DNA from: Patescibacteria group bacterium
GTDB lineage: Bacteria; Patescibacteriota; Patescibacteriia; JAXHNJ01
Reading direction: 5' to 3'
Assembly: GCA_034520665.1 (NCBI GenBank)
Contig: JAXHNJ010000002.1
Span: 416,660-480,659, forward strand
DNA length: 64,000 nucleotides
The notes beneath the pieces were generated by a model, which was not told the origin of the DNA, searched no databases, and was given only the letters and a program-made list of their open reading frames with translations. Below, one piece after another: positions 18,391 to 28,073 of this stretch. The stretch's first letter is position 1, and each line of letters begins with the position of its first letter. Both the position numbers and the translations under genes were made by a program.

Positions 18391-21240
18391 ATGCCTATAC
18401 CCCAGTTAAAACCAAAAAAGAAATTTACCCGCACTTGGCGGCAAAATACCAAACTTAAGAAAAAAAAGAAAAGAAAAAAATGGTTTGATCAGTTTTTAAA
18501 TAACTGGCTACCAATTTTGGCTATTTTAATAATACTGGGCGGTCTGGCTATGCTGGGGGTATTTGCCTGGTTTTCCCGTGATTTACCCAGTCCAGATAAA
18601 TTAATTGAGCGGTCCATTGCCCAAAGCACAAAAATCTACGCTCGAGACGCTAAAACTGTTTTGTATGAAATTCATGGTGACGAAAGAAGAACTATGATTA
18701 ATCTGGAAGAGATTTCAGAAAAGGCCAAATGGGCTCATATAGCTATTGAAGACAAAGATTTCTATGAGCATAAGGGTTTTTCCCTGCCCCGTATTTTTAA
18801 AGCTCTCTGGATAGATATTCTTAAAAGAAAAAAAGCACAAGGGGCCTCTACTATTACCCAACAATTTGTTAAAAATGCTATTTTAACCAATGAAAAAAGC
18901 TGGACCCGCAAAATAAAAGAAATAGTCTTGGCTTATCAAATAGAGAGAAAATTTTCCAAAGAAGAAATATTAAAAATGTACTTTAATGAAATTCCCTATG
19001 GTTCAAATATCTACGGTATTGAAGCAGCGGCCGAAAGTTTTTTCGGGAAAAATGCTAAGGATTTAACTATAGCTGAAGGAGCACTTTTAGCTTCTATTCC
19101 CAAGGCTACCACTTATTATTCACCTTACGGCTCACATACCGACACTTTGCTTGATCGTCAAAAACTAGTAATTGATTTGATGGCTAAGCAGGAACAGATT
19201 ACGGAAAAAGAAGCTCAAGAAGCCAAAAAAGTTGACATATTAAGTCAAGTTAAGCCACGCCAAGAAAATATTTTAGCTCCTCATTTTGTTATGTATGTTC
19301 GGGAAATTTTGGCTGAAAAATACGGGGTCCAAGAAATTGAACAGGGAGGGTTAAAGGTTGTTACCACCCTTGATTACGACCTACAAAAAATTGCTGAAGA
19401 AGAAATCGATAAAGGCATTAGTAAAATAGAACGTTATGGTGGCTCCAACGCAGCCTTAGTTTCCTTAGAGGTTAAAACCGGCGAAATACTGGCTATGGTT
19501 GGTTCTCACGATTATTTTAATACAGATATTGATGGCAATGTTAACGTAACTTTAAGAGAAAGACAGCCCGGTTCTTCTTTTAAACCAATCGTCTACACTC
19601 AAGCTCTTGAAGACGGCTATACTCCGGAAACTATGCTTTTTGATCTTGTTACTACCTTTAAAACTAGTACTAAAGATTACATACCTAAAAATTATTCTTT
19701 AAACGAACACGGACCAGTTACTATGCGCCAGGCTTTGCAGGCTTCTTTAAATATCCCGGCGGTCAAAACTCTTTATTTGACCGGCGTAGATGATGTTTTA
19801 GATTTAGCCGAAGAATTAGGATATACTACTTTATCAGATCGCAGCCGTTTTGGTCTTTCTTTAGTTTTAGGCGGAGGTGAAGTTAAATTAATCGAACATT
19901 TAAATGCTTACGCTACTCTAGCCCGGGAAGGCAAGAAAATACCTTATTACCCTATTCTTCGGATTGAAGACAATCAAGGGAAAATTCTTGAAAAACGCAC
20001 CTCACCTAAAGAAGTTGAGGTTATTGACCAACAAGTAGCCAGGCAGATGAATAAAATTTTGTCTGATAATACCACTCGGGCCAGCTTCTGGGGCTATACC
20101 CAGCTGGCTTTAAGCGGTCATCCCGTCTGCGCTAAAACTGGCACTACCAATGATTACCGCGATGCCTGGACTTTGGGCTATACCCCTTCCTTAGCTACCG
20201 GAGTCTGGGCTGGTAATAATGATAACTCTGAGATGAAGCGAGGAGCGGCTGGTTTAGTCCTAGCTACCCCCATCTGGAACGGTTTTATGAAAAGAGCTCT
20301 GGAAGGCCAAAAAGTAGAATATTTTCCTGACTTTAAGGCTATTGATACTGGCAAAGCCGTTTTAAAGGGTAAGTTGGAAGCTGACCAAACAGTCAAAATA
20401 GACAAAATCACCGGTAAAAAAATTCCTAATTCATGTTTAGAAGACTGGCCCGAAGAATTCATAGCCGAAGAAACCGTTAAAAGCGTCCATAACATTCTTC
20501 ATTATGTTAAAAAAAACGATCCTCGAGGAGATTTTCCTGAGAACCCAAAATCCGATCCTCAATACGAAACTTGGGAAGCTCCGGTACAAACTTGGGCTCA
20601 AGAAAACGACTACTTAAACCAAATGCCCCAGGAAGAAAGTTGTTCTTTAAGAGCTGAGAAAAGCCAGCCGGAAATTAATTTCTCTAACCCTGAGGACGAT
20701 GAGAGTATTACTAATTCTGAGACTACCTTTAAGGTTGAGACTGACGGAAAATATAATATTGTTAAAGTTGAATACTATATAGATGAGAATAAAATCGGCC
20801 AATCTAAAAAATCCCCTTTTTCTTATTCTCACAATCTTTCTGGTCTAAGCCAGGGCTATCATGACATTACCGCTAAAGTCTTTGATAAATACGAAAACTC
20901 AACTCAAAAAACTATTACTGTAAATATTAATCTCAGTCAAACTTCCAGTTCTCTTTATTTTATTTCCCCGAGCCAAAACTCAACTCATTATACTAAGGAT
21001 TTACCTCTTTCTATAAATGTTTTTGCTTATGATCCCGAAGATGTTTCTTCAGTTACAATCTATTACCGGGCCAATAGTCAAAATAATCAAATAGAGAAAA
21101 TAAACACACCAAAAAATAATAATCTTACTTTTTCCTGGGAAGAGCCAGAACCTGGCACTTATAAATTATTTGTTGTAATGACTAATAAAGAAGAAGAGAT
21201 CACCCAGTCAGATTATTTGACAATAAATATCAAGGAATAA
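18391..21240 (+). CDS. Class A penicillin-binding protein (PBP1A family) with C-terminal Ig-like domains
   Basis: EDKDFYEH and GASTITQQ (transglycosylase); SSFK, SLN and KTG (transpeptidase); beta-rich C-terminus. Confidence 0.93.
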   Translation: MPIPQLKPKKKFTRTWRQNTKLKKKKKRKKWFDQFLNNWLPILAILIILGGLAMLGVFAWFSRDLPSPDKLIERSIAQSTKIYARDAKTVLYEIHGDERRTMINLEEISEKAKWAHIAIEDKDFYEHKGFSLPRIFKALWIDILKRKKAQGASTITQQFVKNAILTNEKSWTRKIKEIVLAYQIERKFSKEEILKMYFNEIPYGSNIYGIEAAAESFFGKNAKDLTIAEGALLASIPKATTYYSPYGSHTDTLLDRQKLVIDLMAKQEQITEKEAQEAKKVDILSQVKPRQENILAPHFVMYVREILAEKYGVQEIEQGGLKVVTTLDYDLQKIAEEEIDKGISKIERYGGSNAALVSLEVKTGEILAMVGSHDYFNTDIDGNVNVTLRERQPGSSFKPIVYTQALEDGYTPETMLFDLVTTFKTSTKDYIPKNYSLNEHGPVTMRQALQASLNIPAVKTLYLTGVDDVLDLAEELGYTTLSDRSRFGLSLVLGGGEVKLIEHLNAYATLAREGKKIPYYPILRIEDNQGKILEKRTSPKEVEVIDQQVARQMNKILSDNTTRASFWGYTQLALSGHPVCAKTGTTNDYRDAWTLGYTPSLATGVWAGNNDNSEMKRGAAGLVLATPIWNGFMKRALEGQKVEYFPDFKAIDTGKAVLKGKLEADQTVKIDKITGKKIPNSCLEDWPEEFIAEETVKSVHNILHYVKKNDPRGDFPENPKSDPQYETWEAPVQTWAQENDYLNQMPQEESCSLRAEKSQPEINFSNPEDDESITNSETTFKVETDGKYNIVKVEYYIDENKIGQSKKSPFSYSHNLSGLSQGYHDITAKVFDKYENSTQKTITVNINLSQTSSSLYFISPSQNSTHYTKDLPLSINVFAYDPEDVSSVTIYYRANSQNNQIEKINTPKNNNLTFSWEEPEPGTYKLFVVMTNKEEEITQSDYLTINIKE

Positions 21241-21246
21241 TATTTT

Positions 21247-21540
21247 CTAAAATAAAAACCTTAGTTTCTCTACTAAAGTTTTTTTATATTGGCTATTAAT
21301 TTCTTCTATAATTTCTTCCTGATGTAGACGTATTTCACTGGCCACTACTGAACTTAAAATCGCTACCACTAAAGTTTTATTTTTTAATGATTTGGCTTGT
21401 AATTGTTCTAGTACTTTCTGGCCAAACTTTCTTTCAATAATTTTATGAAAAGTTTTTATTACCTGGCTAGCTTTAACTTGACTTTCAATGCCTTGCCTTT
21501 TTAAAGATTTATTTAATAAACTACCAATTGACCAAATCAT
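21247..21540 (-). CDS. dciA: DciA/DUF721-family helicase loader
   Basis: Size, position after dnaN, and L.V...SS..A.E.......II..IN pattern. Confidence 0.7.
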   Translation of the reverse strand: MIWSIGSLLNKSLKRQGIESQVKASQVIKTFHKIIERKFGQKVLEQLQAKSLKNKTLVVAILSSVVASEIRLHQEEIIEEINSQYKKTLVEKLRFLF

Positions 21541-21543
21541 AAA

Positions 21544-22638
21544 TTATTGCCGAATCGGCATTATTATATAAGTATAATTCTTAGCTTCTTTTGGCTTAAT
21601 TAATCCGGGATTATTATTATTACTTAATTCTAATATTATTTCTTCACTATCAATACTAGATAAACCATCTAAAAGATAACGGTAGTTAAAAACTATTTTA
21701 TTATCCTCCCCCTCAATCTTAGCGGCTAGACTGGAAGTATTTTCACCGAGTTGGGAATTAGAGGCTGATACAATTAATTTTTTGTCCTTTATTTCTAAAT
21801 TAATATCATTAATCCCTAGCTGGCAAAAAAGACTGGTAGTCTTAATAATTTTTACAAATTCCTGATTTGATAAAACTATTTTTGTTTTATAGTCAGAGGG
21901 TATAATTTGTTTATAATCCGGGTATTGCCCTTCAATAAGTCGGGAAACTAGCTCAATACCATCAAAAGTAAAAAGAATCTGGTTTTCATTAATATAAAAA
22001 TTCACACTCTCAATATCTTCGGTTAAAATTCGGTTTAGCTCTTGCAAAGTGCGGGTGGGGATAATTATAGCTGGACCTTCAGGACCTTCCGATTTTTTTA
22101 TCTTTTTTTCAGCTAGACGGTAGCTATCAGTAGCAGCCAGTATTATTTCTTCTTTCTCTGGTTTTAAATAAACCCCGCTTATTTCCGGTCTTGATTCGTC
22201 AGTAGCGGTGGCAAATATCACTTGAGTTATGGCTTTTTTTATTTCAGAGGTTTTAATTTCGTACCCTTTTTTTCTTTCTACTTTTGGAATTAAGGGAAAT
22301 TCCTCAGTGGAGGAAGCTTTAATTACAGTATGAGCCTTACCACACTCAATATTTAGTTTATTGTCCTTTGCTGTTAGATCCACTCTTTCGTTGGGTAAGG
22401 AATTTACATAGTCATTTAAAAGTTTAGCTTGGACAGTAATTTCACCTTCTTTTTCCACCTTACCCCTAATTTGACAATTAATCCCAATTTCCAAATTAGT
22501 GGTGGTTAATTTTATGGTGCCTTTTTCAGCTTTTAATAAAACATTATTTAAAATAGGCAAACTAACATTTTTACTAGCAATGTGACTAACATTGTTTAAG
22601 CCTTGATTTAAATTTTCTTGAGTACATGAAATTTTCAT
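21544..22638 (-). CDS. dnaN: DNA polymerase III beta clamp
   Basis: LPILNNVL, ATDSYRL, SRLIEGQYPDY and IMPIR motifs; adjacent to dnaA. Confidence 0.97.
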   Translation of the reverse strand: MKISCTQENLNQGLNNVSHIASKNVSLPILNNVLLKAEKGTIKLTTTNLEIGINCQIRGKVEKEGEITVQAKLLNDYVNSLPNERVDLTAKDNKLNIECGKAHTVIKASSTEEFPLIPKVERKKGYEIKTSEIKKAITQVIFATATDESRPEISGVYLKPEKEEIILAATDSYRLAEKKIKKSEGPEGPAIIIPTRTLQELNRILTEDIESVNFYINENQILFTFDGIELVSRLIEGQYPDYKQIIPSDYKTKIVLSNQEFVKIIKTTSLFCQLGINDINLEIKDKKLIVSASNSQLGENTSSLAAKIEGEDNKIVFNYRYLLDGLSSIDSEEIILELSNNNNPGLIKPKEAKNYTYIIMPIRQ

Positions 22639-22914
22639 ATTATTAGATCCTTTATATATTTATTTAATTAATAGACGTATTAATAGGGTTATGTGGAAAT
22701 GTGGATTAATATTTTTAAATAGGGTTTTTTCTCTTTTAAGGAGTAGTAAAGCTATTTAAGAAATTAGTCTTTTGTGAAAAAGTATGTTAGTTTATTGTGA
22801 GGTAAGTGTTGATTAAATGAGGATAAATCCACTAGCCATTTTAAGAGGGAAAGTTATTAACAAATTACCATTAGTTTTTTGACAGGTTTATCCCAAGTTT
22901 ATACCCTAAGAAAT
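22639..22914. promoter_or_regulatory. Probable oriC segment (dnaA-dnaN intergenic)
   Basis: AT-rich; DnaA-box-like 9-mers TGTGGAAAT 22692, TGTGGATTA 22700, TGAGGATAA 22818, TTATTAACA 22854; by eye the + strand changes from C-rich to G-rich around this locus (not computed). Confidence 0.65.
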
Positions 22915-24279
22915 TTAAGAATATAATCTCTGTTTAATTAATGTAATATCTTGTTTTGTTTTTTCATCTTCTTCTATCAACTTAGCTATTTTATGGCAGG
23001 CATGCATAGCTGTAGTATGATCACGGCCGCCTAAATCTTCGCCAATACTAGGGTAAGAACTTTTCAACTCTTCGCGCAAAAGATACATAGCAATTTGACG
23101 GGGATAAACTAATTCTTTTTTACGGCTGCTACCCATTAAGTTATCACTGGAAATATCATAGAATTTCATTACAATATTAATGATATTTTTACTGGTTAGG
23201 CCTCCTTTTTTAGGGTTAGCTTTTACTGAAGAAAGTAATTTTTTAGTTGATTCCAAAGTAGGTTCGTGGTTGTTTAGATGATGATAAGCAATAATACGAT
23301 TTAGGGCTCCTTCTAGTTCTCTAATATTTTTTTCTATATTACTGGCAATGTAATTTATAATTTCAGGTTTTAATTTATAATTTTTTTCCTTACATTTTTT
23401 TTCTAAAATGGCGATTCTAGTTTCCAGATCAGGCTGTCCAATATCTGCAATCATACCCCATTCAAATCGCGAAACAAGTCGGTGTTCTAAGGCGGGTATA
23501 GATTTAGGTGGCCGATCTGAAGAAACCACAATTTGCTTATTTGTTTGATGTAGAGTGTTAAAAGTATGAAAAAATTCTTCCTGAGTCCTTTCCTTATTAG
23601 CTAGAAATTGTATGTCATCAATAAGTAATATATCTACTGAACGATAGGTATTTTTAAAGTCACCGGCGTTTCCCTTAGAAACAGTTTGTATGAATTCATT
23701 GGTAAATTTTTCACAAGTAACATAAATAACCTTTTTTTTGGGGTGATTTTTAACAATATCATTGCCTATAGCCTGCATCAGATGAGTTTTACCCAAACCA
23801 ACCCCGCCATAAAGAAAAAGGGGGTTATAAACAATACCGGGTTTTTCAGCCACGGCACTACAAGCAGCTTGAGCTAATTCATTACCCTTACCCACAATAA
23901 AATTACTAAAAGTATATTTAGGGTTTAAGTTGAATTTATTAATGTGATCTTGTTTTTCTTTGGCCTCTTTGTCAGATTTATCTTCATCATTTTCTTGAGT
24001 AACTTTTTCTTTTATTTTTGTTTTAGGTTTTCTTGTTTCTACTTTATAGCTTATCTTTTCTATTTTATGGCTGGTGATATTGTGAATAGCCTTGATAATA
24101 AAATCATGGTATTTATTTTCCAGCCAGGTTTTAGTAAAAGCATTAGGGACACCAATAACAATTTTATCTTCTGAATATTCAGAGATAAAAGTATTTTTAA
24201 ACCAAGTGGTAAAATTGGCCTTACTAATAAGTAATTCAAGCTCACCCAGAGTGGCTTGCCATAATTCCTCCTTATTCAT
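22915..24279 (-). CDS. dnaA: Chromosomal replication initiator DnaA
   Basis: YNPLFLYGGVGLGKTHL, LIDDIQF and GGRDHTT motifs. Confidence 0.98.
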   Translation of the reverse strand: MNKEELWQATLGELELLISKANFTTWFKNTFISEYSEDKIVIGVPNAFTKTWLENKYHDFIIKAIHNITSHKIEKISYKVETRKPKTKIKEKVTQENDEDKSDKEAKEKQDHINKFNLNPKYTFSNFIVGKGNELAQAACSAVAEKPGIVYNPLFLYGGVGLGKTHLMQAIGNDIVKNHPKKKVIYVTCEKFTNEFIQTVSKGNAGDFKNTYRSVDILLIDDIQFLANKERTQEEFFHTFNTLHQTNKQIVVSSDRPPKSIPALEHRLVSRFEWGMIADIGQPDLETRIAILEKKCKEKNYKLKPEIINYIASNIEKNIRELEGALNRIIAYHHLNNHEPTLESTKKLLSSVKANPKKGGLTSKNIINIVMKFYDISSDNLMGSSRKKELVYPRQIAMYLLREELKSSYPSIGEDLGGRDHTTAMHACHKIAKLIEEDEKTKQDITLIKQRLYS

Positions 24280-24319
24280 AAAAGGATGTCTTTATAATTT
24301 TTATTGAGTCTACTACTGA

Positions 24320-24400
24320 ATATAACACAAAATCCACAGATAAAAAATAGCTTAAATTAGCCCTAGTGTTAATAAGCTGTGGAATAAATGGGGAAGACTT
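24320..24400. promoter_or_regulatory. DnaA-box-like cluster upstream of dnaA
   Basis: AAATCCACA 24330, TGTTAATAA 24367, TGTGGAATA 24378. Confidence 0.5.
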
Positions 24401-24481
24401 TTCTTTTTATTATTTGTTTAATAAAAGGTTTGACTAAAGACTTAAATTCCGGTAAACTTACCAAGTATAAAAAATAAATAA

Positions 24482-24619
24482 ATGCCTAAAAGAACTTATC
24501 AACCCAAGAAAAAAAAGAGAAAAAAAACCCACGGTTATCTAGCTCGTAAAAAAACCGCTGGTGGCCGTAAAACAATAAAAAAAAGAAGACGCAAAGGTCG
24601 AAAAAAGTTAGGTCAGTAA
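24482..24619 (+). CDS. rpmH: 50S ribosomal protein L34
   Basis: Not in the ORF track; translated by hand as [45 protein letters not shown]; canonical position. Confidence 0.95.
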   Translation: MPKRTYQPKKKKRKKTHGYLARKKTAGGRKTIKKRRRKGRKKLGQ

Positions 24620-24632
24620 GGGTTAAACTTTT

Positions 24633-24977
24633 ATGTTGGCTAAAAAATTTCGTCTGTCAAAAGAAAAAGCCTTCAAAAAAGTCTATCAAAAAGGCAAATT
24701 TTTTTTCACATCAAATATAAATCTTAGATTTGCCAATAATCAAGCAAAGAATACCAGATTTGGCTTTGTCATTTCCAAGAAAATTAGCAAAAAAGCTACT
24801 GTTCGTAATAAAATCAAAAGGCAACTAAGTGAAATAATTAGAAAACATTTAAATTCTATAGTTAAAGAAAAAGATATAATAATAAAGGTAAAAAAACCTT
24901 ATATTAAAAAAAGTTTTAAAGAAAAAGAACAAATTCTAGTAAAAATTTTCAAAAAAAGTAAATTATGGATAAAATAA
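24633..24977 (+). CDS. rnpA: RNase P protein component
   Basis: RFGFVISKK and KKATVRNKIKR (RNR-type) motifs. Confidence 0.93.
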   Translation: MLAKKFRLSKEKAFKKVYQKGKFFFTSNINLRFANNQAKNTRFGFVISKKISKKATVRNKIKRQLSEIIRKHLNSIVKEKDIIIKVKKPYIKKSFKEKEQILVKIFKKSKLWIK

Positions 24978-25216
24978 GATTAAATATAAAAAGAATATTA
25001 TTAAAAGTCATACGTTTTTATCAAAATAATTTTTCGCCTGATCATAGTATTTATTCAAAAAAACATTCTCATGGCTATTGCCGCTTTTATCCCACCTGTT
25101 CTGAGTATAGTTACCGGGCTATTAATAAATACGGTCCGGGAAAAGGCCTATTAAAGGCTTTGTGGCGTATTTTGCGCTGCCATCCTTTTAGTAAGGGCGG
25201 CTATGACCCTGTTTAA
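24965..25216 (+). CDS. yidD: Membrane protein insertion efficiency factor YidD
   Basis: CRFYPTCSEY and RILRCHPFSKGGYDPV motifs. Confidence 0.95.
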   Translation: MDKIRLNIKRILLKVIRFYQNNFSPDHSIYSKKHSHGYCRFYPTCSEYSYRAINKYGPGKGLLKALWRILRCHPFSKGGYDPV

Positions 25217-25234
25217 TAAATAAAAAGCTAAATT

Positions 25235-26023
25235 ATGGAATTTTTTAACACAATATTAGTCCAACCTCTACTTAACGCCCTAATGTTTATATATAAAACA
25301 ATCCCTGGGCAGGATTTAGGTCTGGCTATTATTATTTTGACTATTATCATTAGGGGCATTTTATACATTCCCTCGCTTTCTTCTATAAAATCCCAGAGAA
25401 AAATGCAGGAAATCCAGCCCAAACTAAATGCGTTAAAAAAGAAATATAAAGATGATCGGGAAGAATTAGGGCGCCAGTTGATGCAGTTTTACAAAAAAAA
25501 TAAAGTTAACCCGCTTTCCTCCTGCCTACCCTTGTTAATACAGTTGCCTATACTTTTTGCTTTGTTTAGAGTATTTTACGCTGGTTTAGCTATTGACCCT
25601 GACACCGGTCTTTTGGCTCAGGAAACAGTTAATAATTTATATGAGCCCTTAAAAAATTATTATACGGCTAATGCTGTGAGCACTACTTTTTTAGGTTTTA
25701 TTGATTTAACCCAAACCGGCAACTGGTTTATGTCTATTTTAGCTGGTGGTTTACAATTTTTACAGTCAAAAATGCTTTTATCTAAAAAACCCAAGAAAAA
25801 AATTCCCGGCTCAGAGGACGAAAATATGGCCGCTCAGACTTCTCGCTCTATGACTTATTTTTTCCCTTTAATTATTGTATTTATTGGACTGCGATTGCCG
25901 ACTGGTCTATTGCTTTATTGGATAGCCGCCACTCTCTTTGCTATTACCCAGCAATTACTTTATTTTAAACGTCATCCTATAAAAAAGGAAAAACCTGAAG
26001 TAATAAATCAAGAAAGTCAATGA
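25235..26023 (+). CDS. yidC: YidC/Oxa1 membrane insertase
   Basis: MQEIQPKL, NPLSSCLPLLIQLPI and GLLLYW motifs. Confidence 0.95.
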   Translation: MEFFNTILVQPLLNALMFIYKTIPGQDLGLAIIILTIIIRGILYIPSLSSIKSQRKMQEIQPKLNALKKKYKDDREELGRQLMQFYKKNKVNPLSSCLPLLIQLPILFALFRVFYAGLAIDPDTGLLAQETVNNLYEPLKNYYTANAVSTTFLGFIDLTQTGNWFMSILAGGLQFLQSKMLLSKKPKKKIPGSEDENMAAQTSRSMTYFFPLIIVFIGLRLPTGLLLYWIAATLFAITQQLLYFKRHPIKKEKPEVINQESQ

Positions 26024-26295
26024 TAATAAAACATAATGATTTAATTGGTCTACCTGTAGAAACAAAAAAAGGACAAAAAGTTGGTTCTGTCTCAGGTTTT
26101 GAATTGGAAGCTAATAGCCATGAAATTATTCGTTATCAAATTAAAAAACCCGGACTTTTGCCCGGGATAATGAATAAACATCTTTTAGTGCATAAAAATC
26201 AAGTTTTGCAAATAACTCCGGAAAAAATGATTGTTGAAGAAGCCTTGGTTAAAGAGAAAGAAAGAGCTGAAAGCACGGCGGCAGTTTCTGGTTAA
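26020..26295 (+). CDS. PRC-barrel domain protein
   Basis: LIGLPVETKKGQKVGSV pattern. Confidence 0.75.
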   Translation: MIIKHNDLIGLPVETKKGQKVGSVSGFELEANSHEIIRYQIKKPGLLPGIMNKHLLVHKNQVLQITPEKMIVEEALVKEKERAESTAAVSG

Positions 26296-26330
26296 TTAAT
26301 TATTATAAAAAGGAATTAACCGGGCTTAAA

Positions 26331-26771
26331 TTATAAGCCTTTTATTTTTTTATCAAAATTTATCGCTCTTTTATTTTTGTCAAGATGATTAAATTTAATA
26401 AATTTTGTTTTTTTAGGCAGGTACTTTATAATTTTGTCAGCCCATTCAATCACACAGATAGAATTAGGGTCATAAAAATATTCTTCAAATTCATTATTAC
26501 TAAAATCTTTACTTGAATCTAAGCGATAAAAGTCAAAATGACATAAATAATTCTTGTTTTTTTTTAGAGGGTAAGTTTTCAACCAAACAAAAGTAGGACT
26601 GGTAATTTTGTTTTTTAAGCCAAGGCCTTTGGCTAAGCCTTTAATGAAAGTAGTTTTACCAGAACCTAAATGGCCAATAAAAGCTAAAATATCCCCTTTT
26701 TTTAATTTTTTGGCTAATTTGAGGCCTAATTTATGTGTTTCTTGGCTGTTTTTTGTAATTATCTTATTCAT
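26331..26771 (-). CDS. tsaE: tRNA t6A biosynthesis ATPase TsaE
   Basis: GHLGSGKTTF, ITSPTF, HFDFYRL and IEWA motifs. Confidence 0.95.
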   Translation of the reverse strand: MNKIITKNSQETHKLGLKLAKKLKKGDILAFIGHLGSGKTTFIKGLAKGLGLKNKITSPTFVWLKTYPLKKNKNYLCHFDFYRLDSSKDFSNNEFEEYFYDPNSICVIEWADKIIKYLPKKTKFIKFNHLDKNKRAINFDKKIKGL

Positions 26772-26872
26772 TTTCTTATTACTAAATATAGCAAAAAAAC
26801 AAGCAAAGGTTAATTCTCTTGACAGTTTTTAAAAGCTCTTGTATACTTGAATATTCTGTTTTTAAAAATACT

Positions 26873-28018
26873 ATGAAAGAATTACCCTACAAACAAGCTC
26901 AAGATTTAGTCAATAAATCCAGTCAAATTCTGGTAGTTTTGCCGAGCAAACCCTCAACTGACGCTATTGCTTCGGGGCTGGCTTTGTTTTTGGCTTTAGA
27001 GAAAATGAAAAAAAAGGTTAAAGTGGTTTGTCATGAGTTTCATCTTTCTCCCTCACATAATTTTTTGCCCAAGAGCCAAGAAATATTTTCCGGTTTAGAC
27101 AGCTTAAAAAAGTTTATTATATCTTTGAATGTTAGAAAAACTAAAGTAGAAGAGCTTAGCTATGATATTAATGATGATAATTTAAATATTTATATAAAAC
27201 CAAAGAGCGGTTTTTTTAATGAAAAAGATGTTTCTACTTCTGTTGGCGGGTTTGATTATGATTTGATTTTTGTGCTTGATTCAACGGACTTAGATTCATT
27301 GGGTAAACTTTACGATAATAACGCTGAATTTTTCTTCAAAACCCCGATAATCAATATTGACCATGATCCAGCTAACGATTATTACGGCCAAATTAATTTG
27401 GTAGACATTACTGCTACTTCTACTTCAGAAATAATTTTTGAGTTTATAAAACAGATGGGAGTAGATATAATGAATGAACAAGTAGCCACTAATTTATTAA
27501 CTGGTATAATTTCTAAGACTAAAAGTTTTCGCACTAGTTCAGTGACCCCTCGATCTTTGGCCATATCTTCACACTTGGTAGCTTCCGGAGCCAGAAGGGA
27601 TGAAATTATTAAAAACTTATTTCAAACTAAATCAATCGCCACCTTAAAACTTTGGGGTCGGGTTTTGGCTCGTTTGAAGACTGATCATGACCAGCGCTTT
27701 ATTTGGTCTTTAATTTCTGGCCAGGATTTTGAGAAAGTTCAAGCCGCTGAAGAGGATCTTTTAGGGGTGATAGATGAATTGATAATTAATACTCCCCAAG
27801 CTGAAATAGTGGTTTTAATTTATGAAAGCAAGAATAAAGAAATTGAAGCTATTGTCTATACCGTACATCAGATTGATGGAGTAAGACTTTTCCGTGAGTT
27901 TAGACCAGAGGGCACTAAAGATTTTACTAAAATAGTAATTCCAGCTTCTGATATTGATGAAGCGGAAAATAAAATAAAAAATAAAGTTTCTGATTATTAC
28001 TGTCAGAAAAAAGCCTAA
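26873..28018 (+). CDS. DHH-family (NrnA-like) phosphoesterase homologue with degenerate motifs
   Basis: INIDHD in place of DHH, STDA in place of DxDA, ATSTSE, LLTGI; ATG at 26873 preferred over the TTG in the track. Confidence 0.7.
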   Translation: MKELPYKQAQDLVNKSSQILVVLPSKPSTDAIASGLALFLALEKMKKKVKVVCHEFHLSPSHNFLPKSQEIFSGLDSLKKFIISLNVRKTKVEELSYDINDDNLNIYIKPKSGFFNEKDVSTSVGGFDYDLIFVLDSTDLDSLGKLYDNNAEFFFKTPIINIDHDPANDYYGQINLVDITATSTSEIIFEFIKQMGVDIMNEQVATNLLTGIISKTKSFRTSSVTPRSLAISSHLVASGARRDEIIKNLFQTKSIATLKLWGRVLARLKTDHDQRFIWSLISGQDFEKVQAAEEDLLGVIDELIINTPQAEIVVLIYESKNKEIEAIVYTVHQIDGVRLFREFRPEGTKDFTKIVIPASDIDEAENKIKNKVSDYYCQKKA

Positions 28019-28073
28019 GAAAAAGAAAGCTTGTTTTCTAATCAAGCTTTTTTTGCTATAATGAAAAGTAATT